From: Felis catus
Lineage: Eukaryota
Direction of reading: 5' to 3'
Length of the DNA: 64,000 bases
NCBI RefSeq assembly: GCF_018350175.1
Contig: NC_058377.1
Location: 103,788,001 to 103,852,000, forward strand
Shown: one piece after another, positions 24,143-36,759 of the stretch
Layout: each line of letters starts with the position of its first letter
How positions within the stretch are numbered: the first letter of the stretch is position 1
Notes under the pieces: generated by a model
Databases searched by the model: none
Told to the model about the DNA's origin: nothing
The model's input: the letters and a program-made list of their open reading frames with translations, nothing else
Translations under genes and position numbers: made by a program

Positions 24143-25867
24143 ACATAAAATGGTGCTCTCCGGGTACTGAGGGGTGGGAGAACTGGGGAGATGTTAATTA
24201 AAGGGTACAAACTTTCATTTATAAGATGAAAAATTTGAGGGGAACCTAACGTAAAGCATAGTGATTATGGTTAACAACACTGTATTATATACTTGAAAGT
24301 TGCTAAGAGAGTAGATTTTGAGTGAGCTCACCACTAAAAGGAATTAGTAATTATGTAAGGTGATGGAGGTGTTAGCTAACCCCACAGTAATAATCACTTT
24401 GCAATACATAAATGTATCAAGTCAACACATCATATGCCTTAAACACGCACTGATATATGTCATTATATCTCAATAAAGCCAGTGGAGGGATTACCTATCT
24501 CAAATATACAACCTGTCTCATGCAGTTTTTATCTTTGTAGATTAGTTTAATATACTTAAACACAAACAAAATGGAAAAGCAGGTAAATCCAAACCCATTA
24601 CCATTCTAGAAACAGTGGAAGTGCGTTCTATACAAAGTCAAGCCATTCAATAAATTGAGTTAATCTTAAATAGCTATTGTTTAGAGAGCTTTACTAACAT
24701 ACTTATCTAGCTATATCCAAATTGAGAGATGTGCAGAATATAGGAAAACAGGGGAAATGTGCATTCCCCAAACACCACCTAATCATGTTTCTCTACATGT
24801 GGAGACTTACAACAACATCATGAGACTATAATCATCCTGTGTATAATTAGAAATTGAACTAGCAGCAAAGGAGTTTAAGTCCAGTTCTCTTGTCATTTTC
24901 TGGCAACCTAATTGAAACTCAGTTGTATATAATGTCCTCTGAGTCTTGCAAGCCATGAAAATTGGACCCTTGTGGTCTCTTGGACACCATATTTGGCATG
25001 TTTTAACAATGTTCTGATTGAGCTGTGGATAAAAGAATAGACTTCCACTACTGCCTCTAAATAATTTGGACACTAATCAAAATGTGTCCATCTGCGTGTG
25101 TCTACGCATGTGCCTATCATGGTGACTTTTTAATAAATCCCACTGAAACTTCATCTCCACCAGCACAATCAGGCACTTGACTTCTTCCCTGCCCAATAAT
25201 ATTCCTTTTGCAATTCTTATATTAGGCCTGAGGCTGAGGGATTTGTACATAAGATAGAGATACAGTAGAAGTTCTTGAATGTGTGATGCTTTGAATCTGC
25301 CCGTTTTCTCTTGAAAGGAAAGCAAAGATACTACAATTTAGTTTTCCAAAAGGCTTTACCTTCATAAACAAAATTTTTAAGAATTATTGTCTCCAAGTGT
25401 ACTATTCTACATTGTTCCCCAGAGCATACAATTTTTAGTTGGAATTTCAGGATCAACGGAATCCAGGAAAGATGTTAAACTTTCAGCTAAGGTTAAGATT
25501 ATGCATAGTGAAATTGACATGTTGTTGTTCTGATTATGTATAAATAGTCTGACTTTGATATTTTTCCAGGTATATTAAACACTTCAGAGCTGAGATGATC
25601 TTCGCAAGATAGAAACAATAAAGGTAGGTATTCACTATGGGGAAGAGGGATGCTGTGTTAAAAGGGATTCCAGAACCATGGCCCATTCAGTGTAAGGGAA
25701 GACATCATGCATCTGTTGCTACCCTTTGAGTTGCTTATCAGTAAAGCCACCTCAGATTAAGATTGATGTAAATAGAGTTTCCAGAGCCCCGTTTTGCCAA
25801 ATTCCTATCTTTGGACAGACACTTTTATTATCTAAAATTAGACCCTCTCAATAAGATTGAAGGGGGA

Positions 25868-26021
25868 GGGGCACCTGGGTGGCTCAGTCGGTTAAACATT
25901 ATTGATTTCAGCTCAGGTCATGATCTCACAGCTCATGAGTTCAAGCCCCGAGTTGGACTCCACGCTGATATTGTGGAGCCTGTTTGGGATTCTCTCTTTT
26001 TCCTTCTCTCTGCCTCTCCCC

Positions 26022-26054
<33 letters not shown>

Positions 26055-26083
26055 CCAAAACAAACTTTAAAAAAAAAAAAAAA
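25868..26083 (+). mobile_element. Can-SINE
   Basis: TSD aagat.gaaggggga. Confidence 0.9.
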
Positions 26084-26115
26084 GATCGAAGGGGGAAAAA
26101 TACTATTTCTTCCAT

Positions 26116-26195
26116 CCTATTTCCATCTCTTCCTTCCTATTTCCATCTCTTCCTTCCTATTTCCATCTCTTCCTTCCTATTTCCATCTCTTCCTT
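26116..26195. repeat. 20-bp minisatellite, 4 perfect copies
   Basis: (cctatttccatctcttcctt)x4. Confidence 0.97.
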
Positions 26196-27623
26196 CCTTC
26201 CAGCCAAATGTAGATTCATAATACATTCCATATGAAAAACAAGAATAGCATTAATACTTACTAAAGGATGGTGGGAAACACTGAATGGATTAACTTTTAT
26301 AACTCTTCAGACATAGTAAGCATTCATGAAGTAGGAGCTGTTGATGCTCCTGGAAATCAGGATATCTCTACCATCCCTCCTCTCCCACCAAATCTACCTT
26401 CACTTTTCTCACGACCCATTTCACATTTTATCATGCATCATGTTCATCAATGTATGCTAATCACCCACTTTTGTTAGGCTGTCAACACTTGGACAAAGTG
26501 GTCCAACTTAATCTTATACGAAGATTGCAATAAATATTCCCTTACTAAGTATAAGGTAGAACAAATAATAATTACAAAAACTCCTAAGAATTATCAATAA
26601 CAGTGTATTAAAAAGCAGGCATAATTCTAATAATACTAATGTCTCTTCTCGCTGTGTGACCTCTCCCTCTTTTAGCTGTGATTCAAAAAAAAGAGGCAGA
26701 AAAAAGTGTGATGGATACAGAATAGACCAGTCCTCAAAATCAGGTTATTATCCTTATTCTCTCCCTCAAACTCTGGCAAGGACCAGTTAAGTTATAGAAG
26801 ATGAAAAAGTTCTAGAAAATTGCTGTATAATACTGTGCACCTAAGAATTTGTTAAGAGGGTAGATTTATGTTTCAGTGTTTTTATCACAATAAAAAAAAT
26901 GTTATTCTTTGAGATTTGGATTTATACCTTGTCTTAATCTGTTTTCCAGTAACAATATTTTTTAATATTTTTAAATAATTATTAAGCAAATAATCTGATT
27001 AGTATAAAGTAATAATCACAATAGCAAGTTATCTACATGGAATAATAGGTTGCAGATTTAAGAAATTCAACATAAAGCAGCCAAGAGCAAGGAAAGTGAC
27101 TCAGCAACATTGAAATAAGGAACAGAAACACACCCCTGTCTAGAAAGACAAGACCCTTTTGAAGTCAACAGAATATTTGCCAATATGAACATTAAACTTG
27201 TAGACTGTAAGCCTGCAATGGCTGGAAACATGTCTAACCTCATATGCTTCAGACAGGTCCTGACATTCTATCAATTTGCGTGGAATAAAAAAGTAAAATT
27301 TAAAAAACCAAAATAAATAAAATATGCTGTGTAAATGTCTAACTAAGATATCTACTAATGTCTACTAACATAAATGCTTATTCATTCCAAAATTAGTTTT
27401 ATAGGAAAAGAATTATTGAATGACTTTGCATGTGATCATTTGATTTGATCACCAAAGTGATTGCAATCTTAAAAATTTGGACGGCTCAACAAATCACAAG
27501 CACTACATCCACATGGGCAAGATTCTGAATTGCGGTCTTAGAGCTTAAGAAGAAAATAAAATAAACAGCCAAGTACTTTCATAGGAAGTAGCTTGGAACC
27601 AAAGGGAAAAAGAAAATGACTTC

Positions 27624-28559
27624 ATGGAGCTGAGAAACTGCACCAGGGTGAAAGAATTTACTTTCCTTGGTCTAACCCAGAATCAAGAGCTGAGCTTGGT
27701 CTTATTTCTTTTCCTGCTTCTCGTGTACGTGACAACTCTGCTGGGAAACCTCCTCATCATGGTCACTGTGTCCTGTGAATCTCGCCTTCACACCCCCATG
27801 TACTTCCTGCTCCGTAATTTATCTATTGCCGACATCTGCTTTTCCTCCATCACTGCTCCCAAGGTTCTGGTGGACCTGCTGTCACAGAGAAAGACCATCT
27901 CCTTCAATGGCTGCTTCACCCAGATGTTTTTCTTCCACCTTGTCGGAGGGGTGGATGTGTTTTCATTATCAGTGATGGCATTGGATCGATATGTGGCCAT
28001 CTCCAAGCCTCTGCACTACGTGACCATCATGAGTAGAGGTCGTTGCATTGGATTCATAGTGGCCTCCTGGGTGGGGGGCTTTGTCCACTCCATTGTGCAG
28101 ATTTCCCTGTTGGTTCCACTCCCGTTCTGTGGACCCAATGTTCTTGACACTTTCTACTGTGATGTCCCCCAGGTTCTCAAGCTCTCCTGTACAGACATTT
28201 TTATACTTGAGTTGCTGATGATTTCCAATAATGGACTGCTCACCACACTGTGGTTCTTCTTCCTCTTGGTGTCATATATGGTCATATTATTAGTAGTAAG
28301 GTCTCAGGCAGGGGAGGAGAGGAGGAAAGCCATCTCCACCTGCACCTCCCACATCACTGTGGTGACCCTGCACTTTGTGCCCTGCATCTACGTCTATGCC
28401 CGGCCCTTCACTGCCCTCCCCACAGATAAAGCCATCTCTGTCACCTTCACTGTCATCTCCCCGCTGCTGAACCCCTTGATCTACACGCTGAGGAACCAGG
28501 AGATGAAGTCAGCCATGAGGAGATTGAAGAGAAGACTCATGCCTTCTGACAGGGAATAG
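27624..28559 (+). CDS. OR4D10: Olfactory receptor 4D10 ortholog, 311 aa, intact
   Basis: All OR motifs present. [32 protein letters not shown] and TDIFILELL match recalled human OR4D10. Confidence 0.85.
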   Translation: MELRNCTRVKEFTFLGLTQNQELSLVLFLFLLLVYVTTLLGNLLIMVTVSCESRLHTPMYFLLRNLSIADICFSSITAPKVLVDLLSQRKTISFNGCFTQMFFFHLVGGVDVFSLSVMALDRYVAISKPLHYVTIMSRGRCIGFIVASWVGGFVHSIVQISLLVPLPFCGPNVLDTFYCDVPQVLKLSCTDIFILELLMISNNGLLTTLWFFFLLVSYMVILLVVRSQAGEERRKAISTCTSHITVVTLHFVPCIYVYARPFTALPTDKAISVTFTVISPLLNPLIYTLRNQEMKSAMRRLKRRLMPSDRE

Positions 28560-28870
28560 ACAGGTAGCTCACTCCTTTCACTCCTTCTCAGCACCCTTGA
28601 AAACATTTGTCCATGAAATAAACTGCTATTTATTCAAGGATTTCTGATTAACTTTTAGATTTCTTCTAAGACCCAGAGGACTTTCAAAGATTCTGCTCAG
28701 CATACAATAATGACAAAATCTGGGTTCCATGTTACAAAAGAAATCAAATTGTTAGCCAGAGAGGTACATGTTGTTTTTGCAATACAACCTTGGAAGAAAT
28801 AAGAAAAACAGAATCAAAATATACTCAGTTTTATCAATTTGGAATTTTCTATTCTATTGAGATACAATTA

Positions 28871-29570
28871 TGTGAAAATAAATAAAGTAAATAAACCTCA
28901 TTGAAAATGGAGGTGGGGAGTTCTGAAGGGGGAGCTCTCACACTATCACTGGCTGTAGGAGGCATGCTGGCCTTCCCCAGCAGGAAGAGGGAAGAATTTC
29001 TCCTTGCCCAGCAACAGCCCAGCCAGTGAGAACTCAGCAAAAACAGCCCCTCCCAGCTTCCTCTTTTCACCTATAAAAGCAAGTTTCTCTCCCCTGTTCT
29101 TGCCATTTGCCTATGGTCTGCTGTAGTTTGCTTGTTCTGAATAGCAGTTCCTGGACCATTCCCAAATAAACTCATTTTTCTGGTAAAATAACTGGCTCTT
29201 TTGTTTTCTAAGGTCAACATTACTTGGTGACCACAAAGGAACCTGAAGGGGATGAACTGGTAAGGAAATAATGGCCCCCGGAAGCGTGTGAGGTACACAC
29301 TGGAGCCCCTTGCACTCTCTGCTCCCCTGAGTCATCGTTTCTATTTCAGTTCCACCAGACCAGGTTCCCTCCTTCTGGTTGACCTCCACAACTGTACCTG
29401 GGATCTGTTTGTTCATTTGTTTGTTTGCTTTTAGGAAGGCACTGCCCCTTGTGACTACTCTTCTATTAACCGAGTCTCTGGTTTTGACTAATGGCATTTG
29501 AATCTGCCAAATTCTCTCAGGAAGGTCCTCCTTCTGGGCCCCAGTCTGGTTTTATGTTTAAAAACTATGG
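28871..29570 (+). mobile_element. ERV 5' LTR (about 28871-29219) with tRNA-Arg PBS and leader remnant
   Basis: TG...CA ends, tataaaa near 29072, aataaa near 29165. tggtgaccacaaaggaac at 29225-29242 matches the tRNA-Arg(TCG) PBS TGGCGACCACGAAGGGAC at 15 of 18. Confidence 0.7.
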
Positions 29571-29575
29571 TCTCA

Positions 29576-29740
29576 CGCGCCTGAGTGCCTCAGTGGGTTA
29601 AGAGTCTGACTTCGACTCAGGTAATGATTTCATGGTTCATGGGTTTGAGCCCCGCATCAAGCTCCCTGCTGACAGCTCAGAGCCTGGAGCCTGCTTCCCA
29701 TTCTGTGTCTCCCTTTCTCCCTCCTTTGTGTCTCCCTCCT
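29576..29740 (+). mobile_element. Can-SINE lacking its tail
   Basis: Body matches consensus and ends in the CT region. Confidence 0.8.
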
Positions 29741-31429
29741 TTTTTTTTAGATCAACAAAATTAATAAAAATGGTGTATACTTAAGATGTACAACTCCATG
29801 TTTTGACATATGTAAATGATCATGGGGGGAGACTGCATTAAGGTGGGATCCCTGTTATTTCCTAAAACTGCATGTGAATCTACAATTGTCTAAATGAATT
29901 TTTCAATTAAAAAAAAAGTGTCTATCTACATATATACTCAGACATTCCCACTACATTCCTGCCTTGTTATCAGGAAGGGAGCTGAGACACATACTAGAGA
30001 CATAATACATTTTGGGCATTGGGGTTCTACAAGATCTTTCATGAGGTAATCACATCTTTATGAAGTAAACAGATCTGAATTAAGTTCATCATCTGACTCA
30101 TTAATATTAATAAGTTAACTATTACCTGAAGATTGTTCCACCTAAAGCCCACAGTCCAGTGGTTGAGAGCAGGTGCCTTGAAGTTAGCACAGCTTGAGTA
30201 AGTATGCAGACCTCACCAAATTATGAGTTCTGTGACCTCATGCAAGGTTCTTACCCTGACCTTCCTCTGAACCCCAGACCCTTTGGCCACCCCACCACTG
30301 CATTCCCTCAGCACCCAGTGCTTGGCTCTAACACAGAACTCGGCATCCTGTTTCCAATTCCCTGTTCTCTTTCTTCCTATCTCCCCCCACTAGGATTATG
30401 CTTTATTCATTAATGGATCCCCAGCATCTGGCACAAGTGGGCTATAGTAAACCTACATAACCATTGTCAAATCAAAACAAATTCAATGATTTCACATTGT
30501 TTCTCAATCATTTCTTTGCTCCTCAAATCATTGGAGGATCTGGTTAAGAAAACAACTAATTCGGTTTTACTCTCCGATAACATGACTCCCTAAAGTTGAC
30601 AGAAACCTATGAAACTGCTTCAGACCATGCAAATACATCAAAAACGTTGGAATGAAGTGGAAAACGTTATTTAATATACCAACACGTATTTATTTGTTTA
30701 TTTATTATGCTATTGATAGCTGCTGGAAGGTCTTCTGGGTTGTTTTTACATCTTAGATCTCAAATGTTTACATCATCACACAAATATCAGACAACAAATC
30801 AGAGGTTCAAAGGCCCTGAAGTAGGGAATTTCCCAGACCATTCAAGAAATAGCATGGAGGCCTTTGTAACTAGATGAGAGCATGCAAGAACTGGAGAGGT
30901 AGTAGTTGAGGTCAGAGAAATCATGGGGCCACAAGACCCAGCATTAGGACCTTTTAGATTATTGTAAGGATTTTGACTTTCACATTAGGTGAGGTCCAAG
31001 GTGTCAAAGAGCAGAATAATGGTGTTTTAACAGAACTGCAGGGGCTCCTCTGATGAATAGATTGAAGAGGGGTAAGGACAAAAGCAGGAAGACTAATGAA
31101 GAAGTTACTGCAATAGAAATAATGAAGACATGATTTATGGTAATTAGGGTGGAGTTGGTGAGAAGTTGGAAAAACTCTGAAGGTCAAGCAAGAATTTGCT
31201 GGTGGATCCAGTGGGGATTTCCTGGCTGCATGTGTATCCTGTGAGAATTCTGTCACCCAGCATGGTTATCAGCCCACTGAGAACTCCTTCACTCCTGCCT
31301 GATAACCCCAGTGGGCCCAACGGTCCTTCTAATACCTGTATGTCACACGTCAGGACCCCCCCTGCATGGGTGTCACTGCCTGAGGAAGTTGTTCAGAATC
31401 CCAAAGAATAGATGTTTATTTCCCAACAG

Positions 31430-31950
31430 GAAAATTGATAAGAGGAAACACCAGGGCAAAAGGGGGGTTCTGGCTACACCAACTTAATGGGTTTCTTTAC
31501 CAAGTTGATCAGATATCAGCTGGGGGTGGTGGAAGATGAGGAGCCTGGTCAAATAATGAGGGTGATCAGCTATGGAGGGTGCGGGATTCTGGCTAACCTG
31601 GATCAGCAGGATTATAGCTAAACTTGGACAATGCAGAGACAGAGACAGAGATCCAAAAGTTGAGCCCTGGTTAAAAAGTTCAGGGAAGCAGTGCCTGGGT
31701 GGCTCAGGCAGTTAAGCATCCGACTTTTGATTTCAGCTCAGGTCATGATCTCATGGATTATGGGTTCGAGCCCTGTGCCTCATGGTTTGTGGGGTCACAC
31801 AGCACAGGGGATGCTTGGGATTCTCTCTCCCTGTCTCTGTGCCCCTTCTCTGCTCACTCTCTCTTTCTCAAATAAACAAATAAACTTCAAAAAAAAAAAA
31901 AGTTCAGGGGAGCCTGAGTAGAGTTTGGCCAAGGATAGAATCTTTCTCAC
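31430..31950 (-). mobile_element. ERV-type LTR fragment interrupted by a SINE
   Basis: Shares ggattctggcta/tgatcagata motifs with 5050-5380. Confidence 0.45.
31691..31900 (+). mobile_element. Can-SINE
   Basis: TSD aaaaagttcaggg.agc. Confidence 0.88.
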
Positions 31951-32409
31951 TGCTACAGAATTTTAGGCCCTAACAAAAATGTGTGTTCCTAAGTGTATGT
32001 ACCTAATTATGTCTTAATTACTCCCACAGAAACAATCTCACGATCAGCAGAATTTTTCCACAGCCAAATCCAACTATATTCCCTCTGATAATTCTTACAC
32101 CAGTTTTGGGATTAAGGAATTGGTAAATATAACGGGGCACTATGAATTAACATGGGAAAGACAAGAAAATACTATTTCCTGAGTCTGTCCTTTTGCACAT
32201 AAAGATAGAAAAGTAGCCACTGAAATCACTGGCCTTCAGAGGGCTATTAGCACAATTTTCTGAAGCTGAATGCTTCCTGAGGTTCATGTGAACATAATTT
32301 AAGATGGAACCCTTGAGAGAAGGTTGGAGATTTTAGGTAAGAAGTATAACTCTACATGAGTGTGTGTGTCTGTAGTGTCTGAATGTCTATGTATAAGAGT
32401 GAAAAATAA

Positions 32410-32514
32410 GGGGTGCCTGGGTGGCTCAGTCCGTTAAGTGTCTGACTCTTGATTTCAGTTCAGGTCATGATCTCACAGTCATGAGATCAAGTCTCGTGTT
32501 AGACTCTGTGCTAA
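32410..32514 (+). mobile_element. Can-SINE running into a gap
   Basis: Consensus head. Confidence 0.85.
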
Positions 32515-32648
32515 NNNNNNNNNNNNNNNNNNNNNNNNNNNNNNNNNNNNNNNNNNNNNNNNNNNNNNNNNNNNNNNNNNNNNNNNNNNNNNNNNNNNNN
32601 NNNNNNNNNNNNNNNNNNNNNNNNNNNNNNNNNNNNNNNNNNNNNNNN
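32515..32648. other. Assembly gap
   Basis: Run of N. Confidence 1.
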
Positions 32649-32742
32649 TATATCTACATCTACATCGTTATCTATATCTATATCGATATCAATAGATATA
32701 GATGATATAGATAGATATATAGATAGATATAGATATAGATAT
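32649..32742. repeat. (TCTATA)n/(GATATA)n low-complexity inverted repeat
   Basis: Read directly, adjacent to a gap. Confidence 0.85.
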
Positions 32743-33398
32743 GAAAAGATGGAGAATCTGGAGGATGTTGTCTGAATTACCGAAGGTAGTTTGTGAACAT
32801 GGGATGTATTCCTTTCTAACAAGCCTGACTCAGGGTTTGAGGTACTTTCTACCCTTTTATATAGATAATCTATTATTTACATGGGGGGCCCTGTGGAAGA
32901 CTTTCATAGTTAGGTTGGATTTCCTCAATAACTATTGAGTTGATATTTTCTGATGAGCATTTTCTCTCTCTCTTTAACTAGTCAGGATTGATAGTTGAGC
33001 CATCATTCAGTTCAACACACTCCATTTACTAATGATCCTCCAGTATCAACATAGTACTAATCATAACAGATAACCAGCCTGTATGCTGACACCTTCACAT
33101 GTGTTAGTTCATCTAATCGTCATAGCCACCCTGTGAGATGGGTATTATAAGCCCCATTCTATGGATGCAGAAGTCAAGTCTCTCACTTGCCCAAATCACC
33201 AAGCCAGGACTTGATCCCAGGAGGCTCTCACTGCAGAGACCATGTACTGGACTTCTCTGGTTTGTTAAGATGATATCAGACAAGAAGCCAGATCAAGCAA
33301 GCACTCTTCTTACTATCATACACTGTCACCACCCGCTGGGCCATTCTTACTGCCATTAAAGAAAAACATCTCCTAGTTTCATGAAAGCAGTGTGTTCT

Positions 33399-33600
33399 GG
33401 GGCCCCTGGGTGGTTCAGTCGGTTGAGCATCTGACTCTTGATTTCAGCTCAGGTCATGATCTCAGGGTCCTGAGATCGAGCCCCATGTTGGGTTCCATGC
33501 TGAGCAAGGAGCCTGCTTACAATTCTTTCTCTCCCTCTTTGCCCCTCCTCGCTTTCTCTCTAAAAACAAAACAAAACAAACAAAACAAAACAAAACAAAA
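33399..33600 (+). mobile_element. Can-SINE
   Basis: TSD cagt.tgttctg, (CAAAA)n tail. Confidence 0.88.
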
Positions 33601-34264
33601 AACAGTATGTTCTGATGAATCTGTTTTAGAATACATGTCCTGGGAAATATACAGTCCCTCTAAAAGATTGGCAGTCTATTTAAAGATGCTGTGTGTCTGT
33701 GAGAGTAACTGACTTAGCAGTTTTCTTTGCGATAACACACATAGAATCACACTTATTATGGATTATGGATTGGGCAATGCTCTAAGTATTGATGCTTTTC
33801 CAAGATTAATTCACTTAATCCTCACATGAATCATATGAGGGAGATGCTATTGTTTCCAAATACTGATGCAGAGATTGAGGCCAAAGTGGTGAATCAACTT
33901 GCCCATGTTTGCATAAGCAGTGAGTGCCCAGCTGGGATGTGAGCAGGCAGGGTGGTGCCCAAGCCCCCCAGGTACCCGCTGTATGCTGTGATACCGCTTA
34001 GTAGTTCTTTTCAGCTTTCCATATTAAATAGACTTTGGACAAAATTTCACACAGATGCCATAAAACTTGGTGGGAATATGAGCTAAGTGAAAAGAAATAT
34101 CTTCGTTTGACCTGAAAAGCACACACACACAAAATTGAGAGGGAAGTGATGTTCACTTTTCTTTTGTTTCTGATTATGGTCAGAAACAGGAGATAAACTT
34201 CAAAGAAAGAAATTAAGCCTCGTTTCAAGGATTCGTGAAAGAAAACCAAAGGAATTCAAAAGCA

Positions 34265-35340
34265 GTAAGATTATATGGTAAGTATACATTTCACATTATG
34301 AGAAACTGCCAAGCTGTTTTCACAAAGGGTCGCACCATTTTATGTTCCCACCAAAGTTTCAATACCTCTCCATTTTTGGCTATTCTTTTTTCTATGTTTA
34401 TGTATTTTATTTTAAGAGACAGAAAGAAAGCATGAGCGGGGGTTGTGGCAGAGAGAGGGAGGGAGAGAGAGAATCCCAAACAGGCTCCACGCTGTTACAT
34501 AGAGCCTGATGCAGGGCTTGATCCCATGAACCGTGAGATCATGATCTGAGCCAAAATCAAGACCTGGATGCTTAATCTACTGAGCCATCCAGGTGCCCCT
34601 GCCTATTCTTGATATATTTGTCTTTTTTATATTGGCCATTCTAATAGGTGTGTACTCTGATTTTAATTGACATTTCCCCAGTGGTAAATGATGCTAGCAT
34701 CTTTTCATGTGTTTATTTGTTATTCCTATGTCCTCCTGTTGAAGTGTCTTTTCAAACCGTTTGTCTCTTTGTGTTTTATTTAGGATATTGGTTTTCTTAT
34801 TATTGAATTTTAAAAGTTACAAACATTATACTCCTAGGTACTTATCCAAGAGAAGTGAAAACATATGTCCATACAAAGACCTGTACATGATTATTTATAG
34901 CAGCTTTAATATGTAATAGCCAAAAAACCAGAAACAACCCAAATTGTTCATCAAGTGAATGGAAAAACACACTGTGGTATATCCATACAACTAAATGGAA
35001 AAAAATATTGGCACACACAAACTTATGGATAAATTTTATGAGTGGAAAAAAAAACAGTCTATGTTATAGGATTCAATGTATAGAAAATTCTAGAAAATAC
35101 AAACTAATATATACTGACAGAGAGCAGATCAGTGGCTGCCTGAAGAAAGAGGGGCAAAGAGGACATATAACAAAGGGTCATATAACAAGAACACTTTTGG
35201 AGTGACAGATATGGTAACTATCTTAAATATAGTGATTTCCTTGGGTATATGGTTATGTCCAAACATCAAAGTATACACTTCAAATACATGAGCCTATTGT
35301 ATATCAATGATAGCTCTATAAAAAAATAATAATAATTTTT
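34265..35340. mobile_element. Old L1 fragments (antisense about 34265-34815, sense about 34830-35340)
   Basis: gagaaactgccaagctgttttc and ccattctaataggtgtg antisense; actcctaggtacttatccaagagaagtgaaaacatatgtcca sense. Confidence 0.65.
34386..34599 (-). mobile_element. Can-SINE
   Basis: TSD ctattctt. Confidence 0.88.
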
Positions 35341-35551
35341 AAGAAACAAAGTAGAACAATGGTCAGAAGAGAAACTGTGAGTTACACCTTCATTTCCATA
35401 GCTGAGGAGCTATTCATCACACACGGATTTTGGTACCTAAAGTAGTGTAAAATAAAGGTAGAAGTAAAGAAGTCTTGTTAAGTGAGAATAGACCACTGAG
35501 AAGAACTTCATGACCTTAATTTTTTTTATTTTTCATATAATTAAATTTGCA

Positions 35552-35767
35552 ATTTATTTTTTTAAGTTTATTTATTTTGAGACAGAGGGTGAGAGAGAGA
35601 AAGAGAGCATGGGAGGGGCAAAGAGAAAGGGAGAGAGAGAATCCCAATCAGGCTCCATGCTGTCAGTGCAGAGCCCAACTTGGAGCTTGAACCCATGAAC
35701 CATGAGATCATGACTGAGCCAAAATCAAGAGTCAGTGATCAACTGACTGAGCCACCCAGGCGCACCT
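35552..35767 (-). mobile_element. Can-SINE
   Basis: Antisense consensus. Confidence 0.87.
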
Positions 35768-35791
35768 AAATTTGATTTAAAAAAGGGAGAG

Positions 35792-36060
35792 TGGTGCCTG
35801 GGTGGCTCAGTCGGTTAAGCCTCTAACTTCAGCTCAGGTCATGATCTCACAGTCTGTGAGTTCGAGCAAGTCTGTGAGTTCAAGCCCTGCATCAGGCTCT
35901 GTGCTGACAGCTCAGAGCCTGGAGCCTACTTCAGATTCTGTGTCTCCCTCTCTCTCTGCCCCTTCCCTGATCATGCTCTGTCTCTCTCTGTCTCAAAAAT
36001 AAATAAAAGCATTAAAAAAATAAAAAATAAAATAAAAAATAAGATAAAAAAATAAATAAA
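35792..36060 (+). mobile_element. Can-SINE with internal 18-bp duplication
   Basis: agtctgtgagttc.agc occurs twice at 35851-35886. Confidence 0.9.
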
Positions 36061-36146
36061 TAAGGGAGGAGTGTTTCTGTGGAGTTCAGTCCAAAGAGAA
36101 CCATTTTGCAGATAGTGGTTCTTAAATCATTTAAATGGAACATGCA

Positions 36147-36340
36147 GGGGCAGTCGGTTGAGCCTCCAACTCTTGATTTTGGCTCAGGTCATGATCCCAG
36201 AGTCATGGGATGGAGCCCCATGTTGGGTTCTGTGCTGAGCATGGAGCCTGCTTGGGAATTCTCTCCCTCTCTCTCTCTCCCTCTGCCCCTCTCCCCTGCT
36301 CATGTGCTCTCTCTCTCTCTCTCTAAAATAAAAAAAAAAT
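36147..36340 (+). mobile_element. Can-SINE (5'-trimmed)
   Basis: Consensus body and tail. Confidence 0.85.
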
Positions 36341-36714
36341 TTAAACATTTACGTGGAGCATGCAATCTGGAAAAGAAACTAAACACATTGCCTTTCCCAC
36401 ACACCAAATTGACTCCATTTTTTTTTTATCCCTCATGCTCCAAGAGTCCCTTCCTGAATATTTCACATCTACCTGTTTATCTTGAACATGTAGAACTTCT
36501 ATACTTATTTTTATGTCACATCTAAAATATTTATAATTTACAGAAGAATAATTATATGCATGCTTGTATTAATCAGATGTCATTTCCCACACACTAGCAG
36601 TAATTTCAGAACAGCCCTTCATGTGTTAACAGCAGCTCCCTAGTTTTCAGTCCTAATACCTAACTCTTTAAACCTGATGTGTTAAGGGAGAGTGAACACT
36701 TTCTGTGATAATAC

Positions 36715-36731
36715 TTTTCATTTTTCCCAAG
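36715..36731 (+). promoter_or_regulatory. Probable splice acceptor for the OR coding exon (equivalents end near 5896, 14139, 27584, 47265, 61046)
   Basis: Pyrimidine tract plus AG about 25-40 bp before each ATG, typical of OR genes with upstream non-coding exons. Confidence 0.6.
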
Positions 36732-36759
36732 CTGCACAAAGAAGAAGAAACATGATTCA

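Larger units (their letters stand above)
22905..24480 (+). mobile_element. LINE-1 ORF2 end and 3' UTR (L1MA/carnivore type), with SINEs and a gap
   Basis: atttgcaaatcatat, gcaaatcaaaaccacaatgag, aaaatagaactaccatatgatccagcaat, terminal tatatctcaataaagc. Confidence 0.8.

Noticed and set aside
26116-26195. Regular repeat as a CRISPR-like array
   Set aside because: No spacers, and the DNA is mammalian.
32649-32742. Inverted AT-rich repeat as a functional hairpin
   Set aside because: Low-complexity sequence beside a gap, so it is unreliable and common.
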